From: Rozella allomycis CSF55
Lineage: Eukaryota
DNA length: 61,330 nt
Assembly: GCA_000442015.1 (NCBI GenBank)
Contig: KE561300.1
Coordinates: forward strand, 124,001-185,330
Direction: 5' to 3'
The translations under genes and the position numbers were made by a program. Shown here piece by piece: positions 12,893 through 27,660 of this stretch. The stretch's first letter is position 1, and each line of letters starts with the position of its first letter. The notes below the pieces were generated by a model. It searched no databases, was not told the origin of the DNA, and saw nothing but the letters and a program-made list of their open reading frames with translations.

Positions 12893-14457
12893 ATGTGGGA
12901 AATTGAGGAGACCTTTGAAAACCTTATATTACGTGATATTCCTTACAGAATATGCATGAGGGCCAACTCCAATAAAATTTACATCCAGTTATTGGATAAA
13001 TTTACGGGAGATCTATTTTCTAATGAATTAAATGCCGAATGTAACGTAAAAGATATGTTTGGAATTCATAGACATCGAAGAAATGACCAAAAAGACTGGA
13101 AATTATAAAAAGTTTAACCTGTTTGTCGATATGGTTGCATCAGCAATACACAGGAAGGTAATATACATAGAAACGCATATTGGCAAGAATTCTACGGTTG
13201 GCTTTGACCTATTAAATCCAAGTGATATAGAAACATTGAAAGGGACAAAAAGATCGTCCATAAATACTGATCTTGACAGGTTAAAGAAGTATCTGGTCTT
13301 GAATTACGCAGTCGCATATGATAGGTACCATTATTTCCAAAATGGTTTCAGGGTTCATTATCCGTTGCCCTTAATTTTAAACGAAGAAGAAAACTGTCAA
13401 AAAGAAAACATCTTTCCTGGATCTCCAAACTTTCGAAAAGAACCCACTATTAAGGAAACATTAAGAACTTTGCGAAAAGAATATCAGCAGCTAGAATATG
13501 AATATCAACTAACAGTCGATAAATTGTCTGAAGTACTGTAATAGTTAATCACTTTATAGGTTATGCTGGAGAATGACAAACTCAGACACCAATTAAAGAC
13601 AAATAAACCAAACCCAAGGTAATAAAACACAAAGAATAGAAAACTAAAAGATTAAGCAGCATTTTAAAAGAGAAAGAATTAATTGAAAAAGCGTTTGATG
13701 ATTACAAGGATTACGCGGAACATGAAATCGGAGTGCTAAAAAATGAACTACGACAGTTAAAGGTTTTGAGAGCAAAAGAAAAGGAATACATAAGTATTAT
13801 AAAAGAAAAGGACAATAATATTGGAAGATTAATAGCAGAGTTGGACGATTCCAAGTCTCACGGCAAGAAACGGATATCAGCGGCGACCAATCCACGTAAA
13901 CGCAGCTCTAGCCTTAGTAGCTTAAAAAGCACTTCAAGTGATAGAATAAATCAACAAATATTACTCCCCGAAACTCGCTTACGACGCCCATCCCCTATGG
14001 CAAGATTTGATCCTACTCAATACATAAGGGAAAAAGAAAGAAAGGTAGAGAATTTGAGAAGGTAACATATTATTTTAAAATTTATATGCCGATCGAGGGA
14101 TTCAATGCGACCTCCAAAGAGGTCTTCCTCAGTGGAGTCGAGACAGTCAACTTCGTCCATCAGAAGCATGGCTTCTACGAGTAGAAAGTATTTTATTTTA
14201 TTAAAGGATCGAAAGGAAGCAACATTGGAGAAAGCGTCTTCGAACGCCTTTACAGTCAACGGAAGATTTTTAACAATAATTCTTATAACAACTCTTCAAA
14301 GTTTTCTCATGAAAGGATATATGATTCGAGCTTAGGTAGTTAGATTCTTAACCATTCAATAGGAGCGACGTCTATAGCCAGGCCTACAACCTTGACCATT
14401 GAAGAACGTTTAGCCAATTTACAAAAAATGATAGCAAAATCTAAGTTACAATCATAA
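12893..14457 (+). CDS. CCDC61: Centrosomal/basal-body protein CCDC61 (VFL3), about 8 introns
   Basis: YIEEMTKKTGNYKKF, KKYLVLNYAVAYDRVHYPLPL, RFDPTQYI and IEERLANLQ match CCDC61 conserved blocks. Confidence 0.88.
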
Positions 14458-14521
14458 ATAAAATGAATTTTACCAGTATTTTTTCATTCCATTTAGGTGT
14501 GTTTCCAATGTAAACATAAAC

Positions 14522-15255
14522 ATGCCAGAAATTGCTTCCAGTTCAGATTCTTCTTATTCCAGATCGTTCATTATATTAAAGCCGAAATGTGTGCCCTATC
14601 GACAAACTGTTTACGTGGAATTGATAAAGAAAGGATATGAAATTCTAAAAGTACAGTTTACAATGATACCAAATAGTCACGCCATTGTTTGTTATCGGAA
14701 GAAGTGGTCTATGATTTTCTTTGTACAATGAGAAGTCAGCCGTTAGATACTCCACTATCTTTAACTGTCGAAGATAAAGCTTTCATAAAAGAATTGACGT
14801 CAGGGTAACATATCTCGCGCTACATACTTTAGCCCCGTGGAGTTGATTGTAATAGCGAAAAACAAAGCAGCTGAAAAGTGTCCGTTTGATTTAGGACTCT
14901 GCGAAGAAACAAATATTTCCATTGCAACATTGATAGGGTCAATTCCAAGCGAGATTTTCTACGCACCCAAAAATGCAAAGGACGTCGAAAGAGACATTTC
15001 TTTCTTTTTCAAGGGGAGTAAAGCTTTTTCATATTCGAAATAGCATTCACAGACCAATTGCCGACAGAATCTGACACGTCATTGTTCATGGAGAAGTTTA
15101 TTTACCCATCCCTTTCAAAAGGTTTAACACAGCTTTGCAAAGAAAAACCGGCTGATCCAGCAGTAAATTATCACATATTAAAATGTTTTCAGGTTTGGCT
15201 GGGAAATTGGCTTTTGCAGAACAATCCTCGCCAACCTATTGTCGAAGAGCCCTAA
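14522..15255 (+). CDS. NME5: NME5/RSPH23-like nucleoside diphosphate kinase-Dpy30 radial-spoke protein, 4 introns
   Basis: SFIILKP, LTSGP, ERDISFFF and C-terminal Dpy-30 motif PSLSKGLTQLCKEKPADPAVWLGNWLLQNNP. Confidence 0.82.
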
Positions 15256-15387
15256 ATAAATTGTTCACAACATCTGCATTGTATTATATAAAGCTTAAAA
15301 ATGATAATTTTATTTATTGTCAAATTTACTTTCTTGATATGCGGATAACATCTGACTTAAGTGAGATGGCTACGCCACCTCATTTAA

Positions 15388-16643
15388 ATGAAAGCATTGA
15401 TACTCGTTGGTGGTAACGCATGTTTTGTTTTACGCATTAATAGGTTTTGGTACTCGATTAAGACCATTAACACTGACCTTACCGAAACCTTTGGTTCCAT
15501 TTGCCAATAAGCCTATGATCCTACACCAAATTGAAGCCCTAGTTAAGGTACCAAGAAGACTCTTCTAAAATAGGCCGGTGTAAAAGATGTAGTACTAGCT
15601 GTGAACTACAGACCGGAAATAATGGTTAGTCATGTTCAACAATACGAAGAAAAATACGGCATAACCATAACCTTTTCAGTTGAAAATGAGCCTCTGGGTA
15701 CTGGTAAAAATTGGTGTTTATATTTTATAAATAGCTGGCCCTTTGGCTTTAGCAAAGGATGTCCTGGGAAAAGATGATGAGCCCTTTTTCGTTTTGAATA
15801 GTGATGTTATATGTGATTTTCCATTCCAAGATATGATAAAATTCCATAAAAAACACGGGAAAGAGGGAACTCTTGTGGTATGAGAATCATGGCAGACACA
15901 TTGTTAGGTAACAAAGGTTGAAGACCCAAGCAAGTACGGGGTCGTTGTTTGCCAACAAGACTCGCATGAAATTGAAAGGTTTGTAGAAAAGCCCAAAATT
16001 TACGTTTCCAACAAAATCAATGCTGGTTTGTACTTGTTCAACCCTTCAGTTTTGGATAGAATTGAAGTAATTAATTTGCATCCTTCAATATAGCTCCGCC
16101 CGACTTCAATAGAAAAGGAAATCTTCCCCAAAATGGCTGCAGATGGACAACTTCATGCTATGAATCTCGATGGATTTTGGATGGACGTTGGTCAACCAAA
16201 GGACTACTTGACTGGAATAGGATTATACCTGAACTCTCTTTCAAAAAGCAGTCCATCTGATATGGCCACTGGAGATAACGTAGTTGGAAATGTTCTTATT
16301 CATCCTTCAGCAAGAATAGGCAAATTCTGTAAAATTGGGCCCAATGTCGTCATTGGTCCAAATGTTGTTGTCGAAGATGGAGTTAGGCTTTCAAGGGTTG
16401 CTGTTATGGAAGGGGCTAGAATCAAAAGCCATGCATGGATAAACTCTACTATTGTTGGATGGAATTGTACAGTTGGTAGATGGACTCGCTTAGAAGGTGT
16501 CACGATCCTTGGTAAAAATTATTCATTAGAAACATATAGGCGACGATGTTTCTGTTTGTGATGAAGTCTATGTTAATGGGGGATGTGTATTGCCACACAA
16601 AAGCATCGCTTCTAACATTAGTGAGCCTCAAATTATCATGTGA
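15388..16643 (+). CDS. MPG1: GDP-mannose pyrophosphorylase, 6 introns
   Basis: [38 protein letters not shown], left-handed beta-helix repeats, VLPHKSI...IIM*. Confidence 0.97.
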
Positions 16644-16915
16644 GAGGACAATTCGCAATTAAATAAACGTTAAATTTAATCAAATATTTTTATAGTTGTG
16701 ATTAAAGTCATCTCTAATGATTCGTGACCGTTGTTTCACAGCTATTACCTATATCTTTACGCAAAAAATAAATACGTAAATACGTTCAATATGGATTTCG
16801 CATATCGAGAAAATTGTTCAAAGAAACAGATTTGAAAAAAGAATTAGTTATGTCAGAAATCAGGCGAAAAAATAGGTTTCTTTTCAAAAAAATCATTTTT
16901 TCCGGGGTATTATAA

Positions 16916-19390
16916 ATGACGCTGTCCATGGCTGTATTTATATGCAGCAAGCCGCCGAAATCTTTCGCGAAACAGATAAAAGGGCACTCAGTTGATATTA
17001 TAGCATCAAGATTATGTCGCGTGATTAAAGAAAAGACACTTCTCAAGGAAGAAGAAGTCGCAATAACAGTTTCGGGGCATTTTAATTGTACTTCATATGC
17101 TTCCAAGATTTGTGGTCCAGAGGAAGCAGATGAATATTTTTCGGAGCTAGCCTTTTTGGTCTCCGATTGGGAGGGAGTGGTTGTAGAGAAGATAATCACA
17201 AATCGAAAATTAAAAAATTTAAAGGTTCGTGGATGGAGTTTTCAAATTTCTCTGTTTAATTGTGCCGAACATGAAAGGTTATTCGGAGGCAGAGAGTATG
17301 AGGGGAAGGTTTTTCTCGAGTTTAGTGAAACTGCTATCAAGCTACCAGTTTCTATCTTCCAGGACTTAAATGAGCTACGAGAAAGATTTGGAATTGTGGA
17401 AGATTCTCCCATAGAATTAAGGTATAATGGTCGAAGAATGAAAGGCCATGAATGTAAAATAAAATCCTACCTTTCCGCTTTTCTTTGTGGGTATAATTCG
17501 GGAAGGATTATATATGTATTTATTGACCAGGATGCAACTGAAGCAGAAGAGATGCTCTCCCAAGACAATGAAATTAGCCTGCTTTTTTCACTTCAGGACC
17601 AGATGTTATTGCAAAGCAACGAGACCGCATCATGTTTGAATGATAAAATAATCGACTGCCCAATAGAAGAAACAAATGGGAGGGGTCTTGTATATTTGGA
17701 ATCAGAATTACAACAACATCGCGAGTCTGTTATACAAGAATATCGCATGGCCTTTAGAAATCAAGTTGAGGAAGTGAAAAAGATATTGCCTGTCGATGTT
17801 GTTACTAAGTCTATTGAGTTGTTGTGCGGTCGTTTATCCGATACAAATGAACCTACTGATTGGTTGCATTCCTTTGCAACTGCATTAAATGTTTTGGATG
17901 TCGATCCTATATTTTTAGTACAATCTTTCCGAGCGCTTTTAGGGACTATGAAAAGGTGTGACATGGATCCCCACGTGGATTATTTTCACCGACTTCTTGA
18001 TTCACTTTATTCAAATGTCTATAAGAAGCGCAAGCCTTCAAACTCTGCGGTTTCTGATTGTCATAGTGCAGGAAAGGTATTGCTGAATATGATTAGCTTT
18101 GTTTCAGATGACCATCACCAAACTTTATCGCTTCCATTGTTGCTAGTTGAAGAGAAAGCCCAGCGATGGGTCGAAAGTAACTGGAAATCGCGTAATGTGA
18201 CTTGGGATAGCTACTATGAGAAAAAGGCTGCATTTATCAGAAACGCAAGGAATATGAAAGTAGTACTTAATAGAAGAAACGATGAAAATCCTTCAGTTTT
18301 TGGTGCGTTAATGTTGGGTGAGGACTATGGGCTATATCAAATGGTTCGTTTTAAAGGAAGTTTTATGTGGCTATTAGAACTTCAAAAGAGTGGGTTTATT
18401 ATGGGAAATATGACTTCTGCATACAATGCTATTTGTGATTTCTTGGCATTAAAAATTATTCTGAAAAAAGAATCAGATCAAGCGAGCTTTTTAAGTCCAA
18501 TGGAACAGTTGAAGAGGATATCCGGAGATCCTAAACCAACTCCAAAACGTGAAAATCGCGTTAAAGTTCTTGAAAATGACAACCCTGAAATTGCAACTGG
18601 CAATGAATTGACACCACCACGAGATCCTACAGTTATAGTCTCCACGAATAAGCAGTACAATGTTCTTGGTTATTTTCATCATTCGAGACACTACCCCCAT
18701 TTGTTCAAGGCTAAAAGAGTCACTGATGGTTTATCAGTTGTTTTAAAGAGAAGTGTTCATTATATTATAAAAGATGAAACTTACTTGCGAAATACTATTA
18801 GAATGTCTTCCGCGCCCCATGCCACTCCTTTGATCGACTATTTTTGGGATACTGGCACTGCTGACATTTCGCAACTTGGTTTTAGATGTTTTAGGGTGTT
18901 TGTGTTTCCAGAAATGACTCCACTGATGATTGAAGATTCATTAACCGTTAGCATTAGTTTTGAATTATTGGCCAAAATATTGATATCCATGGCCTCGTTT
19001 GTAAATTACGTTCATAAAGTTCTTTACTTGGCCCACTCCGATATCCACCCTTGGAATCTCCTTGTATCAAATAATGAAATTTTTATTTGCGATTTCGAAA
19101 ATGCCATGTGTTTGGGCGATGAAATTTGGTATCCTATTGGGAAAACAGGCTTTGTCCACAATGATGTCGAGTACTTGAATGGCGAAGCATTTATTTATGT
19201 GGAAGAATATTTGGATGTATATTCTATCGGAGCCACCCTCAAATTTTTCGCCAATATGTTGAACGACTCTGGATTAGAAGAATCGTTATACTTTTTGAGT
19301 CTTTCTGAAAGAATTATGAAGGAATGTAAAGTCATTAATCTAAGTGAAGTTATTTGTGAAGTAAAAGAAAAGTATTTTAAGGGACTCTAA
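16916..19390 (+). CDS. Intronless 824-aa protein with PD-(D/E)xK nuclease-like and C-terminal kinase-like domains (Crinkler-type architecture)
   Basis: Kinase motifs VVLK, HSDIHPWN, ICDFE, DVYSIG; nuclease-like SDC...LLLVEEK...FGALM; possible Ubl segment IELRYNGRRM. Confidence 0.7.
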   Translation: MTLSMAVFICSKPPKSFAKQIKGHSVDIIASRLCRVIKEKTLLKEEEVAITVSGHFNCTSYASKICGPEEADEYFSELAFLVSDWEGVVVEKIITNRKLKNLKVRGWSFQISLFNCAEHERLFGGREYEGKVFLEFSETAIKLPVSIFQDLNELRERFGIVEDSPIELRYNGRRMKGHECKIKSYLSAFLCGYNSGRIIYVFIDQDATEAEEMLSQDNEISLLFSLQDQMLLQSNETASCLNDKIIDCPIEETNGRGLVYLESELQQHRESVIQEYRMAFRNQVEEVKKILPVDVVTKSIELLCGRLSDTNEPTDWLHSFATALNVLDVDPIFLVQSFRALLGTMKRCDMDPHVDYFHRLLDSLYSNVYKKRKPSNSAVSDCHSAGKVLLNMISFVSDDHHQTLSLPLLLVEEKAQRWVESNWKSRNVTWDSYYEKKAAFIRNARNMKVVLNRRNDENPSVFGALMLGEDYGLYQMVRFKGSFMWLLELQKSGFIMGNMTSAYNAICDFLALKIILKKESDQASFLSPMEQLKRISGDPKPTPKRENRVKVLENDNPEIATGNELTPPRDPTVIVSTNKQYNVLGYFHHSRHYPHLFKAKRVTDGLSVVLKRSVHYIIKDETYLRNTIRMSSAPHATPLIDYFWDTGTADISQLGFRCFRVFVFPEMTPLMIEDSLTVSISFELLAKILISMASFVNYVHKVLYLAHSDIHPWNLLVSNNEIFICDFENAMCLGDEIWYPIGKTGFVHNDVEYLNGEAFIYVEEYLDVYSIGATLKFFANMLNDSGLEESLYFLSLSERIMKECKVINLSEVICEVKEKYFKGL

Positions 19391-19515
19391 GTTTCCACAG
19401 CTTTGACAGGTTTCACTGTTCACATGTTTATGCATTAAAGGCAAAAGCTCGTCTTTAAATAAATATTCAAACATTAATATATAGAAGATATAATATTCGC
19501 CAGCTTTATTAATCA

Positions 19516-21264
19516 TTAATAATTGTCAAGAAGTTCTCGCATTTTCTTTCTCTTTTCAAAATTTACTTTGTTCGGTTTCATTTCCTCGGCATACTGGAAT
19601 GTTTCACGTTTCTGAGGATCCAAAATACTATGAAAGACAATCTTGAAGCACGACAACCGGCTAGATTCATTAATATTGTTATGGATTTGTAGCGTACTAA
19701 GTAAATCAACTTTTTCATTGTCATCTTCAAGAAACGGTACCACCAATTTAAATGCTTTTTCAAGAGGAAATTCCAAATTTTTTGTAATTAGATTTGACAA
19801 TAATATTTGTGGTTTAGGAACACCCCCGACCAGTTTGATCAGAAATTCCAAGTTTCTGTCACCTCTTTGTGGGTTCAAAGAAGCTTCATGGAATTTCAAT
19901 ACAAATAGATTGTAATTATTATCTTTTTCATAATGTAATATTTTTTTGAAAAGGTCGGTTCTTCCTTGATCATCGCCACCGGAATAGTTTTCAAATATAT
20001 CCATAAACTTAATGCCATATAAGAAAGCCTTGTCAACATCATCAAAAGAAGCTAATAACAGGTCAATTTTTTCAACTTCCTTTTCTGAATTATCTCCTCT
20101 CAGGATATCTTGGAATAGATCTCTCCAGTTTCTTTGCATTTCTTTATATCCATAAAAATGAAAAAATATATTGGACTGTTTCAGTAACTTATATGCGGTT
20201 GGATTGCATTCTGAGAATGCTAACTGGGCTAGTAATTGTCCATCCCGGGGAAAGTGCTTTATGATTTCAAGAAATGTTTCCTTGTGATCAGTCAAGACAC
20301 TTCGATTTAAGAAATATTTCTTAAACAAGTAAACTCTATAAATATGTTTCATCTGGAAATTGGTTTTAAGAATTTCTTTCATTAGAATTGCTATAACAGT
20401 AGGATTTAATGTATTGTCATGAGTCCATGCATGTATGAAATCTCGACTGAAATAAATAGATTCAATGAGCTTATTAAACCCTGAATAAGACAAGGCATTA
20501 ATATGATTTTGTAGCATCCAAACACCCAAACGAAGTAAATTTGAGTCCGGGCTGGTGCTCCTACTCGCAGTTTTAAGAACATTTAACATTGTTGTTTGAT
20601 CAATAGGTTGTAAGTTCACACTTTGCTTTTCTGTGTATTTTCGGAGATCATATTGACTCAAATCGTCATTCGAAATCATGCTATCAATAATGGCAATATT
20701 TTCTAGCGCTTCTTCAGTAAAAAGATTGCTACTCGGAATTTGTTGCATTAATGTGGTCATTGACTCCACATAAAACCCACGACTTTGTAATATTTGTACG
20801 CAGTCTTCTATGTTTTTTAGCATACAATATTCCAAAGGATGAATAGCTCTTAATTTCGATTCGGCGTTGTAAATGTAACAGTTGAATGGCGTGAATTCTC
20901 TTCGTTTTATAAGCATTCCAATAAAATCTTCCTTTGAGATGTTGTTATTTCCAAAGTTGTCGTTTGGATCCATAACGTTCTTGTATTTTGAATAGAATTT
21001 TTTAATAGCGCTTTGGCCGCAATTAACACCATTAAAAAAGGGCCCACATTTGCCAAACCAATGAAATAGAACATCAGGATGCAGCTTAAGGCTACGGTAA
21101 AGATATTTCTTTGCTGATCGAAAACGAGCACTAGTCTTCACATCCGCGAAATCATTGATACGATCATAAATGTCAAATGGCAAGGTCTCTTTGGAGTGCT
21201 TTGTAGAGACATCTGTGGCAAAAGCAGATCTAGCTACGAGAAAAAGTAGGACGATGATGTTCAT
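19516..21264 (-). CDS. Intronless secreted protein: signal peptide + F-box-like motif; paralogue of 2912-4861
   Basis: MNIIVLLFLVARSAFA signal peptide; LPFDIYDRINDFADVKTSARFRSAKKYLY; colinear similarity to the 649-aa ORF. Confidence 0.8.
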   Translation of the reverse strand: MNIIVLLFLVARSAFATDVSTKHSKETLPFDIYDRINDFADVKTSARFRSAKKYLYRSLKLHPDVLFHWFGKCGPFFNGVNCGQSAIKKFYSKYKNVMDPNDNFGNNNISKEDFIGMLIKRREFTPFNCYIYNAESKLRAIHPLEYCMLKNIEDCVQILQSRGFYVESMTTLMQQIPSSNLFTEEALENIAIIDSMISNDDLSQYDLRKYTEKQSVNLQPIDQTTMLNVLKTASRSTSPDSNLLRLGVWMLQNHINALSYSGFNKLIESIYFSRDFIHAWTHDNTLNPTVIAILMKEILKTNFQMKHIYRVYLFKKYFLNRSVLTDHKETFLEIIKHFPRDGQLLAQLAFSECNPTAYKLLKQSNIFFHFYGYKEMQRNWRDLFQDILRGDNSEKEVEKIDLLLASFDDVDKAFLYGIKFMDIFENYSGGDDQGRTDLFKKILHYEKDNNYNLFVLKFHEASLNPQRGDRNLEFLIKLVGGVPKPQILLSNLITKNLEFPLEKAFKLVVPFLEDDNEKVDLLSTLQIHNNINESSRLSCFKIVFHSILDPQKRETFQYAEEMKPNKVNFEKRKKMRELLDNY

Positions 21265-21687
21265 TCCTAAAGAAAAGGTACCGGGGTATGTGTTTTTGCG
21301 TAATTATGAATTTATGACTAGCACGCACAGCCACGTGGACTTTAATGTGCTTTTTAAGTGAATAGTCATGCTGCATGCAAAAAAATATGTAAAAGTTTTA
21401 AAAGTCTGCCAAATATTGTTCATCAAATAAGGCTAGATATGAATAATCAGTACTTTGTTAATCATTTAATCTCAATTAAATAAAATTAAATAGATTGAAA
21501 AGTCTATTATAGTTGACATAACGCGCCTGGATTGCAAATGTGGTACACTTGGTGGATAATTATAGCGTTGGTCTTACTAATTTTTGGTAAAAACATTTAT
21601 TTAGGCATATAATCGCCCCAATGTAATGATTTATGGTATAAATAAGGTTCATTCTTGATTGATCTAAATAATATAAATTTCATTTCA

Positions 21688-22011
21688 TCAATTCATAGTT
21701 TTCAAAGTCCTGTGCAATGATTCCTGTGCATCCTTATTTGATATACCTGTAGCTACTTTGTGAAACAAGGCCTTTTGACTATTTTTCTTCCCGTTTTTCT
21801 TTTTGTGTTTTTTTAAAAGTGTATTTATATAATCGAGCTTATCTTGCGCTTGACAAGGTTTAACAATAGGGTATTCCGTTATAGTTTGATGATTTCCAGA
21901 ATTATTGGAAGATTCGGAAGGTATTGAATTTGAAGCCAAGTTTAAATTCTGCTTGCTGTCTCTATTTCTTTTCCTTTGATACGGTTGAATCATTTTAGTG
22001 GCTGTGTTCAT
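21688..22011 (-). CDS. Hypothetical basic protein
   Basis: 107-aa ATG-started ORF with a Lys-rich NLS-like stretch, in otherwise empty space; no homology recognised. Confidence 0.35.
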   Translation of the reverse strand: MNTATKMIQPYQRKRNRDSKQNLNLASNSIPSESSNNSGNHQTITEYPIVKPCQAQDKLDYINTLLKKHKKKNGKKNSQKALFHKVATGISNKDAQESLHRTLKTMN

Positions 22012-22649
22012 GGCAGGCTGGTCAACAAAGTCAAAAAGCAAGAAAAAAGGTAAAAGATACTATTTCAATTTATAAAGTTCAAAGAAATGTAGTTCAGTGT
22101 GGAGAAATAATAGAAGATCCATCAGCCGAAATTATTGCTCGATATTCCAAAAACACACTAAAGACACAAGAAAATGACTCTACAGATTCCAAAACAGCAG
22201 TGCAAAATGTAGAATTCGAAAAGAAGCCCAAAATACACAAGCTATTAGAAGAAATAGAAGAATACAGTAAATAGCACGTTTAGTTATGAATAGATGTGTC
22301 TACATATGATGGCACTGACAGAAAGCGCCATTTAATACAAAAGGCAGTGAGCAAAGGCATGCAACTAAAAAATACAAAGATCCCACATAAAATACGAATG
22401 GGCATGTTAAAGAAGCATGAAGAGCGCATGAAAAGAGTACAAGAGCAAGATCCAACGACCAGAATGAGTTTGAAGCAGCTATCTCGGCAGGCTATTGATG
22501 GTCGTTCTCCATTGTCGACGAGCCGACAAGTAGCGCAAAAGTTTATCGAGAAGCGCCTGGAAAAGGATTATCGCCAGCGCGGTCTGAAAGCATCGTTTGG
22601 CAAATACAAGAATGGTGTCTTGTATCTATCAAAGGAGGAAATCAAATAG
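22010..22649 (+). CDS. FAF1: Faf1/C1orf131-like 40S biogenesis factor, 2 introns
   Basis: KIPHKIRMGMLKK and RQRGLKASFGKYKNGVLYLSKEEI; 28- and 27-nt introns link back to the ATG at 22010. Confidence 0.72.
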
Positions 22650-22816
22650 GCGGGACTGGAAACCAAGCCACGTTTTATAAATGCATGTGTAAACAGAGTT
22701 TTAAATTTGAGAATTTTATTTTTTGTATATTTTTTAAAAATTATTTTTTTTTCGTTTTTAATGGATTGAGAGTTTAAATTTTAGCCCTTTTTTCTATTTG
22801 AACCCTGGTAGTTGTG

Positions 22817-27590
<4,774 letters not shown>

Positions 27591-27660
27591 AAACATGTTG
27601 ATCTTTAAATTTAATTTTATAGTTATTAATTTGAATATCTTTATTTCATATTTTGTATTT

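Noticed and set aside
15908-15934. Apparent third stacked intron in MPG1 (ag|GTAACA...CAAG, 27 nt)
   Set aside because: It encodes the conserved VTKVEDPSK of GDP-mannose pyrophosphorylase, so it is exon. It also shows that AG|GTA alone does not prove recursive splicing
4881-21337. CACGTG E-box upstream of both F-box paralogues (4881-4886, 21332-21337)
   Set aside because: The 6-mer also occurs in coding and 3' regions (e.g. 2851-2856); two instances are not enough
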